Source: a virus
Lineage: Duplodnaviria; Caudoviricetes
IMG/VR virus record: IMGVR_UViG_3300032280_001176
Coordinates: 1 to 44,161 of that record
DNA length: 44,161 nucleotides
Direction: 5' to 3' (one strand)
Below the pieces are notes generated by a model. It was not told where the DNA came from, searched no databases, and worked only from the letters and a program-made list of their open reading frames with translations. Both the position numbers and the translations under genes were made by a program. Positions 1 through 8,910 of the stretch are shown here, piece by piece. Position 1 is the first letter of the stretch, and each line of letters starts with the position of its first letter.

Positions 1-7
1 AAGAACA

Positions 8-214
8 ATGTCCAAGAACTTCCGGCCTCAGGCCTCCGATCCCTATGCGCGTAACAACTCGTATGCTCCCCCTGTTTGGGGTTGGGAGACCGTTGAGCCT
101 GAGTATCAGGATGTCGGAGCAAACGACGAGGGGTATTACTATCAGTGGTGCACGCTCTGCGCTTGTCGAACCGAGCACGACTCTTGTGGTTGTATCGCTT
201 GTGAAACCGCCTGA
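8..214 (+). CDS. small hypothetical protein with Cys-rich C-terminus (possible Zn finger)
   Basis: ORF track; C-terminal CxxCxC...CxCxxC. Confidence 0.6.
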   Translation: MSKNFRPQASDPYARNNSYAPPVWGWETVEPEYQDVGANDEGYYYQWCTLCACRTEHDSCGCIACETA

Positions 215-231
215 AATCTGAGGAGTGCAGA

Positions 232-489
232 ATGTCGTTCAATTCCAAGCTCATTCTGACCAAGTATAACGCAACCGTCGAGGCGAAGCTTCTGGAGATC
301 GTTCATTGTACTGATCCTGGATGGCCGGACTACGTCATGTGGATTGTTGAAACGACCTCTGAGGACACTCCTCGTAGGCTTGAGGGCTACTACACCGTAG
401 GTCCAGAGGGACTTGGTGAGCTTCGGGTCGATGATCACGAAAATCGTCAGTCTGTCGTCTGGGACATTCGGGAGCAACCCTATGTCTAA
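232..489 (+). CDS. hypothetical protein
   Basis: AGGAG RBS upstream of ATG 232; 85 aa. Confidence 0.7.
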   Translation: MSFNSKLILTKYNATVEAKLLEIVHCTDPGWPDYVMWIVETTSEDTPRRLEGYYTVGPEGLGELRVDDHENRQSVVWDIREQPYV

Positions 490-733
490 GCAGCTTCTGT
501 TTTCAGGCTTTGTCAGCGTTTCGATCCTCCTGCTGAGCGGTGTCTTCACGTCTGCGTGCGTCAAATCCTACAACCTCCGAACTGATCGTGCATGGACGAT
601 CCATGACTGCGTGATGGAGAAGTGGATTGAAAGCGAGTCAGCCACGGGTATCATGCCTACGCAGAGCAAAGAGCTGCAATGGCGTCGGCAGTGTGCCCAA
701 GAGTGGAGTGCAATGGCTTCCAAGCAGAGTTAG
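482..733 (+). CDS. membrane-anchored hypothetical protein, paralogue of 1563-1811
   Basis: ATG 482 (MSKQLLF) with GGAG upstream; N-terminal hydrophobic stretch; shares DRAWTIHDCVMEKW...QWRxQCxQEWSAM with 1563-1811. Confidence 0.75.
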   Translation: MSKQLLFSGFVSVSILLLSGVFTSACVKSYNLRTDRAWTIHDCVMEKWIESESATGIMPTQSKELQWRRQCAQEWSAMASKQS

Positions 734-780
734 AATAAAGAGGTAAGGTTAAGGAAAAGAAACTTACTGAAGAGGTTCAC

Positions 781-1239
781 ATGAAGACGCACGCTTACAT
801 GGATTCGCAGCGCTGGTCGAACCGCAACACGTTCACTGAGCCGAACGCGAAGTGCATCCTTCACCTTCGCAAGGGTGACTCGATTCCCCTTTTCATTGGC
901 CGCGGCCGAGATGGCGACCGGGTTGGGATGATCGTTCCCGACATCCAGGAAGGCTACGTGGTTTTCATCTACGAGTCTCGCTACGGTGACTCGTTCTCTT
1001 TCCTCTGCAAGAACGAGAACGAAGCAAAGGAGCGCTTGGAGGCTCAAATCAATAGCCCTACCTTCAATGGTGGCTTGGTCTCCGCGAGTATGGTTGTGGA
1101 AAGCAACTTGACTCTCGCTCTCAACGAGAAAGTTGACGCTGGTAAGTTCGAAGAGTTGTTCATGAACACTTTCTCGCGGATCAGCCAGCAGAACAACTGG
1201 ATGATCCGCGATGGGTGGATCATTTTCGAGGAAGTGTGA
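781..1239 (+). CDS. hypothetical protein
   Basis: promoter 708-736, GAGG RBS, 152 aa. Confidence 0.75.
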   Translation: MKTHAYMDSQRWSNRNTFTEPNAKCILHLRKGDSIPLFIGRGRDGDRVGMIVPDIQEGYVVFIYESRYGDSFSFLCKNENEAKERLEAQINSPTFNGGLVSASMVVESNLTLALNEKVDAGKFEELFMNTFSRISQQNNWMIRDGWIIFEEV

Positions 1240-1317
1240 GACGCACAAGATTGTGACTCAAGAAATGTGCAATGCTTGCCAAGCTTAGTTAAGATAATCT
1301 CACCTAAGAGGTGGCAA

Positions 1318-1563
1318 ATGAAAGTGAAGTTCGATGTGGTATGTCCTGAGGGTGACGACAAGTTCAGTTACTACCCGATGGAAGTGGACTATCGACTGAT
1401 CAAAAACATCGTCCTTCCGGGCAGCTGGAGCGGTGGCTGCATGGTCGAGTTGATCACCGGTCAAGCGATCCATGCGTGTGAATCGTTCTCGTGTCTTAGT
1501 GCTCAGTGGGATCGCTGTCGAGATGCTGACACTTACCTTGCATATATTGCAAAGGAGAAGTGA
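1318..1563 (+). CDS. hypothetical protein
   Basis: ATG 1318 (MKVKFDVV) after promoter 1267-1295 and GAGGTG RBS. Confidence 0.7.
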   Translation: MKVKFDVVCPEGDDKFSYYPMEVDYRLIKNIVLPGSWSGGCMVELITGQAIHACESFSCLSAQWDRCRDADTYLAYIAKEK

Positions 1564-1811
1564 TGAGCAAGGGTTTGCAAGACTTTATCTTGAACGGCAT
1601 CTTGATCTTGTCGGCCTGCATGTTTCTTGCTGCACTTGTCATCGCTTACAACAACCGAATGGATCGGGCATGGACGATCCATGACTGTGTGATGGAGAAG
1701 TGGGTTGATCGTGAGACTGCTACGGGCCGCATCCCTACACACCGGGAAGAGCACCAGTGGCGTCATCAGTGTGTTCAAGAGTGGAGTGCAATGCCTACAA
1801 AGCGGGGTTAG
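1563..1811 (+). CDS. membrane-anchored hypothetical protein, paralogue of 482-733
   Basis: AAGGAG RBS; overlapping TGATG coupling; TM segment; conserved C-terminal block. Confidence 0.75.
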   Translation: MSKGLQDFILNGILILSACMFLAALVIAYNNRMDRAWTIHDCVMEKWVDRETATGRIPTHREEHQWRHQCVQEWSAMPTKRG

Positions 1812-1863
1812 AATAAAGAGGTAAGCTAGGTAAGGAAAAGAAACCACCTGAGGTGATACGATC

Positions 1864-2190
1864 ATGATCAAAGAGCTCAAAGAAGCTTTCCAGCATTCTC
1901 AGCATGTTCCTCTCCAAGTGGTCAAAAAGTGTCAGATCTATCCGGGAGAAGGATGGCACTTCCTCACAAATCGCTCGAACCACCCGCTCAGTGCCTACGA
2001 GGTTCTTCGTCCGGAGTTCCACCTCAATCCGGGTAATGTGGTCGTCGCAGTTGGTTTCAAACATGCTGTTGGAAACGACAAAAAGATTGCCTCTGTCAAA
2101 GTCCGACGGGCTGATGGACTTGAGTTCGAGATCTTCACTTCGGATCTCAAACGTTTCGTTCAGATCGTTGATTTGGGTTACAAAACCTGA
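1864..2190 (+). CDS. hypothetical protein
   Basis: promoter 1786-1814, GAGGTG RBS. Confidence 0.7.
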   Translation: MIKELKEAFQHSQHVPLQVVKKCQIYPGEGWHFLTNRSNHPLSAYEVLRPEFHLNPGNVVVAVGFKHAVGNDKKIASVKVRRADGLEFEIFTSDLKRFVQIVDLGYKT

Positions 2191-2268
2191 GTGTAAGTGA
2201 ACATGCAGTGAGTTAGGATAAAGAGGTAAGGAAACGGTTTCAAAACTCTCACAAAAGGAAGTACGATC

Positions 2269-2517
2269 ATGACCATTCGAAACTACGTTTTCATCATTGG
2301 CAGCGCCGACGACTTCACCTCCGTTGAGCATCTTTTGATGGCGTACGGCGATGGAACGATCAATCATTACAACGCCTCTGTCTTTGAGTATGAAGCTCCG
2401 TGTGAAGACGTCGGGAAGATGACGGGCCGCGAGATCGGGCTGCTCATCGGCTTCGGTCTGGCCTTCGAAAATGGGTGGTGCATGGACGATACTGTCTCTT
2501 ACCTCATGGTGGTTTGA
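2269..2517 (+). CDS. hypothetical protein
   Basis: promoter 2191-2219, AAGGA RBS. Confidence 0.7.
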   Translation: MTIRNYVFIIGSADDFTSVEHLLMAYGDGTINHYNASVFEYEAPCEDVGKMTGREIGLLIGFGLAFENGWCMDDTVSYLMVV

Positions 2518-2519
2518 TT

Positions 2520-2720
2520 ATGGATTTCGACACTTTCAGTTCTCAGCTCAGGGATCTCGTCAACGCCTATATGGAAGGAGGTGGCGATCCCACCTTGTGT
2601 GAAGACGTCCTGACTCTGGTCAAGCTTGATGTTCGCACGGTTTTCAGCCCTGACCTGAATGAGGAGCACAGTCAGTGCCCGGGTGCTGCTTGGTACGATA
2701 CGAGCGCTGAGCTGGATTGA
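2520..2720 (+). CDS. hypothetical protein
   Basis: ATG 2520 (MDFDTF), 2 nt after the previous stop; its stop TGA abuts the next promoter. Confidence 0.65.
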   Translation: MDFDTFSSQLRDLVNAYMEGGGDPTLCEDVLTLVKLDVRTVFSPDLNEEHSQCPGAAWYDTSAELD

Positions 2721-2781
2721 GTGCAAAACTCACTTAGCTGAGTTAGGATAATCAGGTAAGGAAACAACAAAGGAGCATAAC

Positions 2782-2928
2782 ATGCGTATCATCGAGATGA
2801 ACACCGGTGCAGAGCTCTTTCGTGGTACTATCGCTCAATGCGAGTGGTGGATTGATGAGAAGGGTTATCGGATCGTTGCCGATAACGACATGGGCGACAC
2901 CTACTGGGTGAAGTCTATCCGACGCTGA
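2782..2928 (+). CDS. 48-aa hypothetical protein (not in ORF track)
   Basis: promoter 2721-2749, AAGGAG RBS, MRIIEMNTG...WVKSIRR*. Confidence 0.7.
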   Translation: MRIIEMNTGAELFRGTIAQCEWWIDEKGYRIVADNDMGDTYWVKSIRR

Positions 2929-2974
2929 GTGCAAAGTCTCACATACTGAGTTAAGATAAAGAAGGGAGGCGACG

Positions 2975-3046
2975 ATGCGATGCTTTGATTCGGTTGAAGA
3001 GCTCTGGGAGTTTATGCAGGAACTTCGTGCTCTCGTTGATGACTGA
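2975..3046 (+). CDS. 23-aa micro-protein (not in ORF track)
   Basis: promoter 2929-2957, GGAGG RBS, MRCFDSVEELWEFMQELRALVDD*. Confidence 0.55.
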   Translation: MRCFDSVEELWEFMQELRALVDD

Positions 3047-3071
3047 TCTCTAAACAAAAAAGAGGTGACAC

Positions 3072-3275
3072 ATGGCATATGTCGTAGGTAATCCCAAGAC
3101 GAAGAAAGCGGCGAAAGAGATGCTCACCAATGGCGGTGTCGAGTTGTTCGAGCCTGGTTTGGGTCGTATCCCTGCCGATGGCGAGGTATATCTCGAAGGC
3201 CCTCATTATCCCGAGCCTCATCGATGGTATGCCACTGCAAAGATCGTAGGTGGTAAGGTGGTGAAGATCACCTGA
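3072..3275 (+). CDS. hypothetical phage protein
   Basis: GAGGTG RBS; 67 aa with GPHYPEPHRWYA motif. Confidence 0.75.
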   Translation: MAYVVGNPKTKKAAKEMLTNGGVELFEPGLGRIPADGEVYLEGPHYPEPHRWYATAKIVGGKVVKIT

Positions 3276-3326
3276 CATCTGCTCGGCCCAGAGAAAATGG
3301 GTCGACTCGACCATGCACTCGAAAAG

Positions 3327-3350
3327 CCCTGCAACCTTTCGGTTGCAGGG
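3327..3350. terminator. hairpin between convergent gene blocks
   Basis: CCCTGCAACC-TTTC-GGTTGCAGGG perfect 10-bp stem. Confidence 0.6.
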
Positions 3351-3418
3351 TAATTCCATGTATAGTTTCCAGTCTACCATTTGTTTTAGCTGAGTATCAG
3401 ATCCGCTCAGCTGATGTG

Positions 3419-3610
3419 TCAGTCCACAAAATCGCCTGACACAGGAAGAAGTTGGGCGAGACCCAAGAACGGAACTTCGTCTTCTTCGACACTTGAGATG
3501 TCTTCTGCAATGACTCGAAGCAGAGCAGCACACTCGAGAGGATGACCCATCTTTTCAAGATAGAGATTCGCCATTTTGACAATCTGATCGCGAACTTCTT
3601 CGTAGTTCAT
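3419..3610 (-). CDS. hypothetical protein
   Basis: promoter 3647-3675, GAGG RBS. Confidence 0.65.
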   Translation of the reverse strand: MNYEEVRDQIVKMANLYLEKMGHPLECAALLRVIAEDISSVEEDEVPFLGLAQLLPVSGDFVD

Positions 3611-3700
3611 TTTGATCGCCTCACGTTGTTCTTCTTTGTGTAAGATATCTTATCATCAGGGATCGTGTTATGCACTCAAACTGTCATCAGCGCAGGGTCG

Positions 3701-3728
3701 AGGGACCGGTGCATTTACAACGGTCCCT
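3701..3728 (-). terminator. hairpin after winged-helix paralogue 1
   Basis: AGGGACCG...CGGTCCCT stem just past the stop at 3734. Confidence 0.45.
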
Positions 3729-3733
3729 GGAGC

Positions 3734-4291
3734 TCAGCTGTTCTTCCGAGCACGGCGAGTCTTTTTACCCTCAACCGGAACCTCAACCGGGGTCTCAACC
3801 GGGACCTCAGCCTCAACCGAAACCTCAACCGGGACCTCAACCTCAACCGGGGTCTCGACCACCGCCGGAGTCCGAGCCTCCTCAGTCAGACGCCAGAAGA
3901 TCTGGAAGTTGTTGTCCGAGAGCTTGACCGACTCCAGGACACCCTCGTCACGAAGGTTTCGCAAGCACTGGAGGATGTTGTCCCGGTGCTTGGACTTGTC
4001 AAGGCCAGAAGCCTTGAGGACATCGTCGAGGCGGAACAACTTCTCGGTTCCACCGGCAGTGGTCGCAACCGCTTCTCGAACGGTATCGGAGATCGCGTCG
4101 ATCTCAGCCTTCCGAGTCGACCGGGTATCACCACGGTTAGCCTTCTTGGACAGGATCAGACTACCCGAGGTGTCCAGCTCGAGGAGACCTTGAGTCGAGA
4201 GCTCGAAGATCTGAGCGGGGGAGAGGTCGCCGATCGAACGGCGAGCGGTGTTGATGGACTCGAGAGTCGAAGGGGAGAGAGGCTTAGCCAT
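3734..4291 (-). CDS. winged-helix-like protein, paralogue 1, with acidic (VE/P) repeat tail
   Basis: MAKPLSP start with GGAG RBS; FRLDDVLKASGLDK..HRDNILQCLR.LRDEG.LESVKLSDNNFQIFW is nearly identical in 3 copies; helix-turn-helix-wing pattern is inferred. Confidence 0.8.
   Translation of the reverse strand: MAKPLSPSTLESINTARRSIGDLSPAQIFELSTQGLLELDTSGSLILSKKANRGDTRSTRKAEIDAISDTVREAVATTAGGTEKLFRLDDVLKASGLDKSKHRDNILQCLRNLRDEGVLESVKLSDNNFQIFWRLTEEARTPAVVETPVEVEVPVEVSVEAEVPVETPVEVPVEGKKTRRARKNS
3769..3862. repeat. intragenic tandem repeat (CCTCAACCGG(G/A) units) encoding VETPVEVEVPVEV
   Basis: seen directly in the sequence. Confidence 0.8.
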
Positions 4292-4380
4292 GATGAACTC
4301 CAAACTACTTGCTGTTTTACCGTGGGGAACCTTTCCCCTTGGTGAGATTATCCTAACTTAGTTGGGAGATATTTACACTT

Positions 4381-5007
4381 CTACTTCCGGCGGTGGGGGT
4401 TGATCGCCACGAATCGTCCAAAGAAGCTCGGGTCCGAAACCCGCGGATCACCAGCCGGGACAAACTCTCGGTCGATGTGGTAGCCCCACGAGTGGCTCGC
4501 ACCCTCAGGAGGAGTGAAGCGAGGACCACAGACCATCACGGTCACAGTACCCGGAAGAACGCTGTCCACCGTGTGGAACTCGTCATAGTACGCAACGTTC
4601 TTGTCACCGGCGAGGTAGGAGCGCTTGGACTGAGCGCCGTTCTTGTACGTGACGGTCTCTTCGTAGCCTCCAGCGATGATATACGAAACGAAGCTCACAC
4701 CGTAAAGCTCGTCTTCCTTGTCATCAATCTTCCAAGAGTGGTTGTGCGGATCCCGCCGGGGGTCGGGAGCAGACCAGTAGTTGATCTTGATGGTCCCGCC
4801 AGGACCGTCATAAACGACCACTTCGGTCTTGTAGGAACCACCGTCAGCGTCGGGCACGTGAATCGGCCGCGCGGTGAAGAGCGGCGCCAAAGTCGCTGCC
4901 CCTGTGGCGACGGTCGAGGAGCCGAAGCTACCCACTCCCATGCGCTCCTCCCGATCCTTGATTTGAGAGTAGGCCTCGTTGATGATGTCGATCACGTTCG
5001 CGTTCAT
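4381..5007 (-). CDS. cupin-fold protein
   Basis: PHNHSW...FVSYIIAGGYEE...FHTV cupin motifs; AAGGAAG RBS before ATG 5007. Confidence 0.7.
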   Translation of the reverse strand: MNANVIDIINEAYSQIKDREERMGVGSFGSSTVATGAATLAPLFTARPIHVPDADGGSYKTEVVVYDGPGGTIKINYWSAPDPRRDPHNHSWKIDDKEDELYGVSFVSYIIAGGYEETVTYKNGAQSKRSYLAGDKNVAYYDEFHTVDSVLPGTVTVMVCGPRFTPPEGASHSWGYHIDREFVPAGDPRVSDPSFFGRFVAINPHRRK

Positions 5008-5072
5008 GTTTCTTCCTTCGGCAGAATCATCTGCCACTGTGGTTGGGGACACTAAACTGTTTGGTTGTTTGT

Positions 5073-5318
5073 TTATCGCCAATCGGCATGTTCAAACTTG
5101 CGCTTGATGATGCGCTCGCGCTCGGCGCGATTCCACCGCCACCGGTTCCAGGTGGTCCGAATCTTGTCATATGCGATCGCGGCGACGACCGAGACGAGCA
5201 CCAGACCGAAAATGTAAACGAACCCTCCTTCTGCCCAAAGGAACTGGTCCGCCATCTGCTCACCATCGTCGCGGTAGACGATAATAGACTCGGTGCTCTG
5301 AATCATGGGACTATGCAT
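5073..5318 (-). CDS. small membrane protein
   Basis: promoter 5357-5385, AGGAG RBS, one TM helix followed by a basic tail. Confidence 0.65.
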   Translation of the reverse strand: MHSPMIQSTESIIVYRDDGEQMADQFLWAEGGFVYIFGLVLVSVVAAIAYDKIRTTWNRWRWNRAERERIIKRKFEHADWR

Positions 5319-5414
5319 GGTAAGCTCCTTTGTTGAAAGGGTGGGAGGATGAGATTATCTTAACTTGGTTAGGAGAGTTTTACACTTACCTGTCCTATCT
5401 TAGAAGATAGGATC

Positions 5415-5714
5415 CTACCGAAGGTTTGACAGAGCCTCCGTGATCGAGGCAGGCAGGCTCTCCACCTGCTCTGTGGAATTGCTACCAGACGGTTTGTAGT
5501 AGATGGTCGGCGTTGCGGTCGCGGCGCGCAGCAGGCCCGCGGCCGTGTCGACGATGACCTCGATGTACACGACCGCGTTGCAGGTCGGGCTGATCGCTGA
5601 GATCAGCTCGGCCACCCCCTTGGGACCCCAGCCTCGAAGGAGTCCCGGGATAACCTCGACTTCGGGTGCCTCTCCGGGGTGACGGATGACGTATTGGGTA
5701 CCGATGGTGACCAT
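5415..5714 (-). CDS. hypothetical protein
   Basis: promoter 5748-5776, AGGAG RBS. Confidence 0.7.
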   Translation of the reverse strand: MVTIGTQYVIRHPGEAPEVEVIPGLLRGWGPKGVAELISAISPTCNAVVYIEVIVDTAAGLLRAATATPTIYYKPSGSNSTEQVESLPASITEALSNLR

Positions 5715-5790
5715 TTGTCTTTCTCCTGAAGGGTGGGAGGATGAGATATCTTACCCTGGCCGGTGGAGGTTTGCACCTCCACCCCGGTTG

Positions 5791-6057
5791 TCAGTTGTTC
5801 TCTACAAGAAAGAGCATGTCAGGAGCATCGGCATGTGACACACGGCGCTCGATCAGTTTCTTCTTCTCGAGAGATTTGACTAACTCTCTCGCTTGGTCAA
5901 GCGTTTGTTTCATACCCGGCGGGGAAATGAATGAGTTGCGCACAATGAACCACAAGAGACCATGGTCATCTTCGAAGACCGCATCAATACCGTGATGGTT
6001 GAAGAACTCCCTCATACGGTTCAACGCGAACATTTCGTGAATCGTGAGATTGTGCAT
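5791..6057 (-). CDS. hypothetical protein, possible winged helix
   Basis: promoter 6088-6117, AAGGAG RBS; ARELVKSLEKKKLIERR resembles a wHTH recognition helix plus wing. Confidence 0.65.
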   Translation of the reverse strand: MHNLTIHEMFALNRMREFFNHHGIDAVFEDDHGLLWFIVRNSFISPPGMKQTLDQARELVKSLEKKKLIERRVSHADAPDMLFLVENN

Positions 6058-6118
6058 AGCAACTCCTTCAAGGTGGGAGGATGAGATATCTTACCCTGGC
6101 CGGGGGGAGGTTTGCACC

Positions 6119-6550
6119 TTAGTCTCTGTCTCCGAAAAAGTCTTCTCCGTCCTTTTCGCATTCGATGATTCGTGCGGTGATCTTAGCTCGACCGGCGTCG
6201 GTGTACCAGTCTTCGTATACTGAAGACCACCGTTCAGCGTTGGTGCCAGTCATCAGGTCAGTGAATGGCTTTGCCAGAGTGGCGATGTCAGGCAGAACTT
6301 CAAACGTCGAGGTGAAGAAGGCAATCCACGACCAAGTGTCGAAGCCCTCCTGACTGTCATTGTACGAGCCGCTGGGGATCCTGACGACTGCTACAAGGCC
6401 GTTTTCCAGCAACCAGATTGGGTCCTTGATCTTCGCGGCATTTTGAACGTCGCGGGCGTCAAAGCCCAAGCTAGACATGTCTTCGACTTTGATCTGTCGA
6501 GAACCCGAAGGCAACATCGAAAGAACGTCATCGATGGTGTAAATAGGCAT
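6119..6550 (-). CDS. hypothetical protein
   Basis: promoter 6587-6615, AAGGA RBS. Confidence 0.7.
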   Translation of the reverse strand: MPIYTIDDVLSMLPSGSRQIKVEDMSSLGFDARDVQNAAKIKDPIWLLENGLVAVVRIPSGSYNDSQEGFDTWSWIAFFTSTFEVLPDIATLAKPFTDLMTGTNAERWSSVYEDWYTDAGRAKITARIIECEKDGEDFFGDRD

Positions 6551-6629
6551 TGCTTGTTCCTTACCTTGAAGCGGGGAGGATGAGATATCTTACCCCGGCC
6601 AGGGGAGGTTTGCACTCACCTGACGCATC

Positions 6630-6836
6630 CTAGAAGATAGGATAATCCCGGTGGTCGTAGGTGATCATCAGTTCGCAAAGGATGTCGTCAACTTCATTCA
6701 CGGTGCTCGCCAGAGGCGACGAGTACACGTTCCACCCAATGTGCTTGTGCAGAAGGTACATCGTCTTGCTGATGAGACAAGAGGTGACGTTCGCAGCAGT
6801 TCCAATGAGCCAGTGCAACTGAGTGTTCGTGGACAT
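6630..6836 (-). CDS. hypothetical protein
   Basis: ATG 6836 (MSTNTQLH) with AGGAG RBS, promoter 6880-6908. Confidence 0.65.
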   Translation of the reverse strand: MSTNTQLHWLIGTAANVTSCLISKTMYLLHKHIGWNVYSSPLASTVNEVDDILCELMITYDHRDYPIF

Positions 6837-6931
6837 ATCGTTCTCCTGAAGAAGGATAGTGGAGCGGGAGGATGAGATTATCTTAGCCCCGCCGGGGGAG
6901 GTTTGCACCTCCACCCGGTCGACCCTGCCTT

Positions 6932-7174
6932 CTACTGGGGGAGGAACTTTTCCACCGCCCAGGCGATCTGGTTGTGCGTCATGCCACCAGCCAGAAGGGC
7001 GGCCTCGAGAGCGTCGGTCACCGGGCAAGGATCAGGCGTACCAGCGATGAACTCGGCGATCGCCTCCACCAGCATGGGGGTGAGCTCGTTCCGCCACTCG
7101 ACGGGGTCGCAGTCACCCTGGCCGGGCACGGTGGAGTTGAACTGGATGTCGTTGTCAATGTCAAGGGAGATCAT
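6932..7174 (-). CDS. hypothetical protein
   Basis: promoter 7227-7256, AAGGA RBS. Confidence 0.7.
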   Translation of the reverse strand: MISLDIDNDIQFNSTVPGQGDCDPVEWRNELTPMLVEAIAEFIAGTPDPCPVTDALEAALLAGGMTHNQIAWAVEKFLPQ

Positions 7175-7276
7175 GTGAGTTTCCTTGGTGTGGGAGCGAG
7201 TGGGGAGGAGTGGGGGAGGATGAGTTATCTTATGCCCGCCGGGGGGAGGTTTGCACCTCCCTGGCGCCTGGGTGAT

Positions 7277-7510
7277 TTATCGGCCTGCGGCGCGCTCTTC
7301 ACGGTAGAGCTTCACGTTGGTCTCCGTGACTCGCTCGTGATACGCCATCTGCTCTTCGTGCACCGCGTCGAGCCAGCGCGCGTAAGTGTCACGGTAGCAA
7401 GACGCAAGCGACGCGTGAGCGAGCGCCGTGCGGAGGTAGATCAGACGCGCAGGAAGAACAACTTGACACTCACGAGCCATACGACTGTAGTAGACGACAT
7501 CGAACTTCAT
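7277..7510 (-). CDS. hypothetical protein
   Basis: ATG 7510 (MKFDVVYY) with AAGGAG RBS. Confidence 0.65.
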   Translation of the reverse strand: MKFDVVYYSRMARECQVVLPARLIYLRTALAHASLASCYRDTYARWLDAVHEEQMAYHERVTETNVKLYREERAAGR

Positions 7511-7575
7511 CTCAGCTCCTTCGTGTAAGTTATCTTGCACCGGCGATCATATGCGTTCGACCCTGCACAGGAGGA

Positions 7576-7595
7576 GCCGGCCCCGAAGGGCCGGC
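7576..7595 (-). terminator. hairpin after winged-helix paralogue 2
   Basis: GCCGGCCC-CGAA-GGGCCGGC; cUUCGg tetraloop on the minus strand. Confidence 0.6.
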
Positions 7596-7607
7596 CCCTC
7601 AAGTCAC

Positions 7608-8024
7608 CTAGCTCAGAGCTTCCGGGCTGAGCTTCCAGAAGATCTGGAAGTTGTTGTCCGAGAGCTTGACCGACTCCAGGTGACCAGCATCCCGGAGATC
7701 ACGGAGGCACTGGAGGATGTTGTCCCGATGGGTGGCCTTGTCGAGGCCGGAGGCCTTGAGGACGTCGTCCAGACGGAAGAGGCGGTCGGTGCCACCAGCG
7801 ACCTTCCCGACGGCCTCCTCCACGGTCATCCGAATCGAGTCGATCGCCTCCTTCTTGGCACTCCGGGTCTCACCGCGGGAGGCTTTCTTCGAGAAGGCCA
7901 GAGCACCAGTGGCGTCCAGCTCGAGGAAACCACCCGTGCTGAGCTCGAAGATCTGGACAGGGGTGAGGTCGGTGACCGGGAGAGCGAGGGCAGCGAGGAC
8001 AGTGGGGGAGAGGGGCTTGGCCAT
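7608..8024 (-). CDS. winged-helix-like protein, paralogue 2
   Basis: MAKPLSP...NNFQIFW; GGAG RBS; promoter 8082-8110. Confidence 0.8.
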   Translation of the reverse strand: MAKPLSPTVLAALALPVTDLTPVQIFELSTGGFLELDATGALAFSKKASRGETRSAKKEAIDSIRMTVEEAVGKVAGGTDRLFRLDDVLKASGLDKATHRDNILQCLRDLRDAGHLESVKLSDNNFQIFWKLSPEALS

Positions 8025-8387
8025 GATGAACTCCAGAGCGACAGTTGGTTCCTCGGGGGAGGATTCCCCTTTGGTGAGATTATCCTAACTCGAACTTTTG
8101 AGATTTGCACCTCATTTCGAGTTACCGAAGAAGTGGACCTCGGGAGGAGCGCGCGGTGCCGATCGACCCTGCCCGCCGTTCCTTTCCTTCCTTTCCTCCT
8201 TCGTGAGAATATCATAAACTGAAGCGGGGATATTTGCACACACCCTGACGGGGAGGACCTAAGCTGCCTCAGCAGATGGGTGTGCAAAGGCTCGGCGGGT
8301 TGTTTATAATAATCTCACCACCACCCCGGTAAGCGAGGAGGTGGCCGCGGCAGCAGGGTCGACCCGAACGAGGTCGGAGGAGCGCAG

Positions 8388-8618
8388 ATGTCGTCAATCC
8401 GCTACACCCACACTCACCAAGAATGTGATGACTGCAACCGAAAGGGCCCTGGCTTCTGGTTTGAAGATCGAGGCATTCCCGTCTACTTCGCTTGCCAACC
8501 CTGTGCGTCCTACAACGTGGCGGGGGCAGTGCTCCGAGACGCGATCGAGTCGCACAAGGAGAAGGCGTTCACTCGCATGGAGAACTCGCAGCGTGCAACC
8601 CGCGAGATCTCAAGTTAG
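8388..8618 (+). CDS. small zinc-finger protein
   Basis: CDDC...CQPC; GGAGGAG RBS; promoter 8282-8310. Confidence 0.7.
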   Translation: MSSIRYTHTHQECDDCNRKGPGFWFEDRGIPVYFACQPCASYNVAGAVLRDAIESHKEKAFTRMENSQRATREISS

Positions 8619-8646
8619 GATAAAGAAGTAATCAGGAGGCTTTGAG

Positions 8647-8910
8647 ATGCGCAATCGCACGATTTGGTTGGCACCTTATCGGCTGTGGGGTCAGCGAGAC
8701 GGATTGTCTCGGCAGAAGGCTGAAGAGAAGCTCGATGCCCTCACCGCCGCCGACTGGTTCTACATTCGCGACGAGTACCTCGAAGCTTCTCTGGTCAGTG
8801 ACTGCGAGTTCTGGTTTGCAGTTCCCTACACATCGATCGGCCGAGTCGAGCTTCACATGGGCTCTCGGGGGATCCGGGTAGACGGCAAATACCTGGGTCA
8901 CTTTTCCTGA
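8647..8910 (+). CDS. hypothetical protein
   Basis: promoter 8593-8621, AGGAGG RBS. Confidence 0.7.
   Translation: MRNRTIWLAPYRLWGQRDGLSRQKAEEKLDALTAADWFYIRDEYLEASLVSDCEFWFAVPYTSIGRVELHMGSRGIRVDGKYLGHFS

Larger units (their letters stand above)
5343..7260 (-). repeat. six dispersed ~45-bp direct repeats containing the promoter, each heading one small gene
   Basis: GGGAGGATGAGAT(T)ATCTTA-N17/18-TT(G/A)CAC at about 5343, 5735, 6075, 6574, 6866, 7214; five copies share a CCCYGGCCGGGGGAGGT-like spacer. Confidence 0.85.

Noticed and set aside
3612-4345. Plus-strand ORFs 3612-4193, 3665-4345 and the PQPQ-rich 3670-3927
   Set aside because: They are antisense shadows of the winged-helix paralogue and its tandem repeat. 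The minus-strand gene has the promoter, RBS and paralogues.
4393-5055. 220-aa plus-strand ORF
   Set aside because: It is antisense to the cupin gene, which has recognisable motifs.
5393-5412. Palindrome TCCTATCTT-AG-AAGATAGGA as a special site
   Set aside because: It is a single AT-rich stem right after a stop codon, most simply a weak terminator. Its partial match at about 6631-6643 is too short to interpret.
5343-7260. CRISPR array
   Set aside because: The repeats are separated by 300-500 bp protein-coding genes rather than 30-40 bp spacers, they contain promoter boxes, and no cas genes are present.
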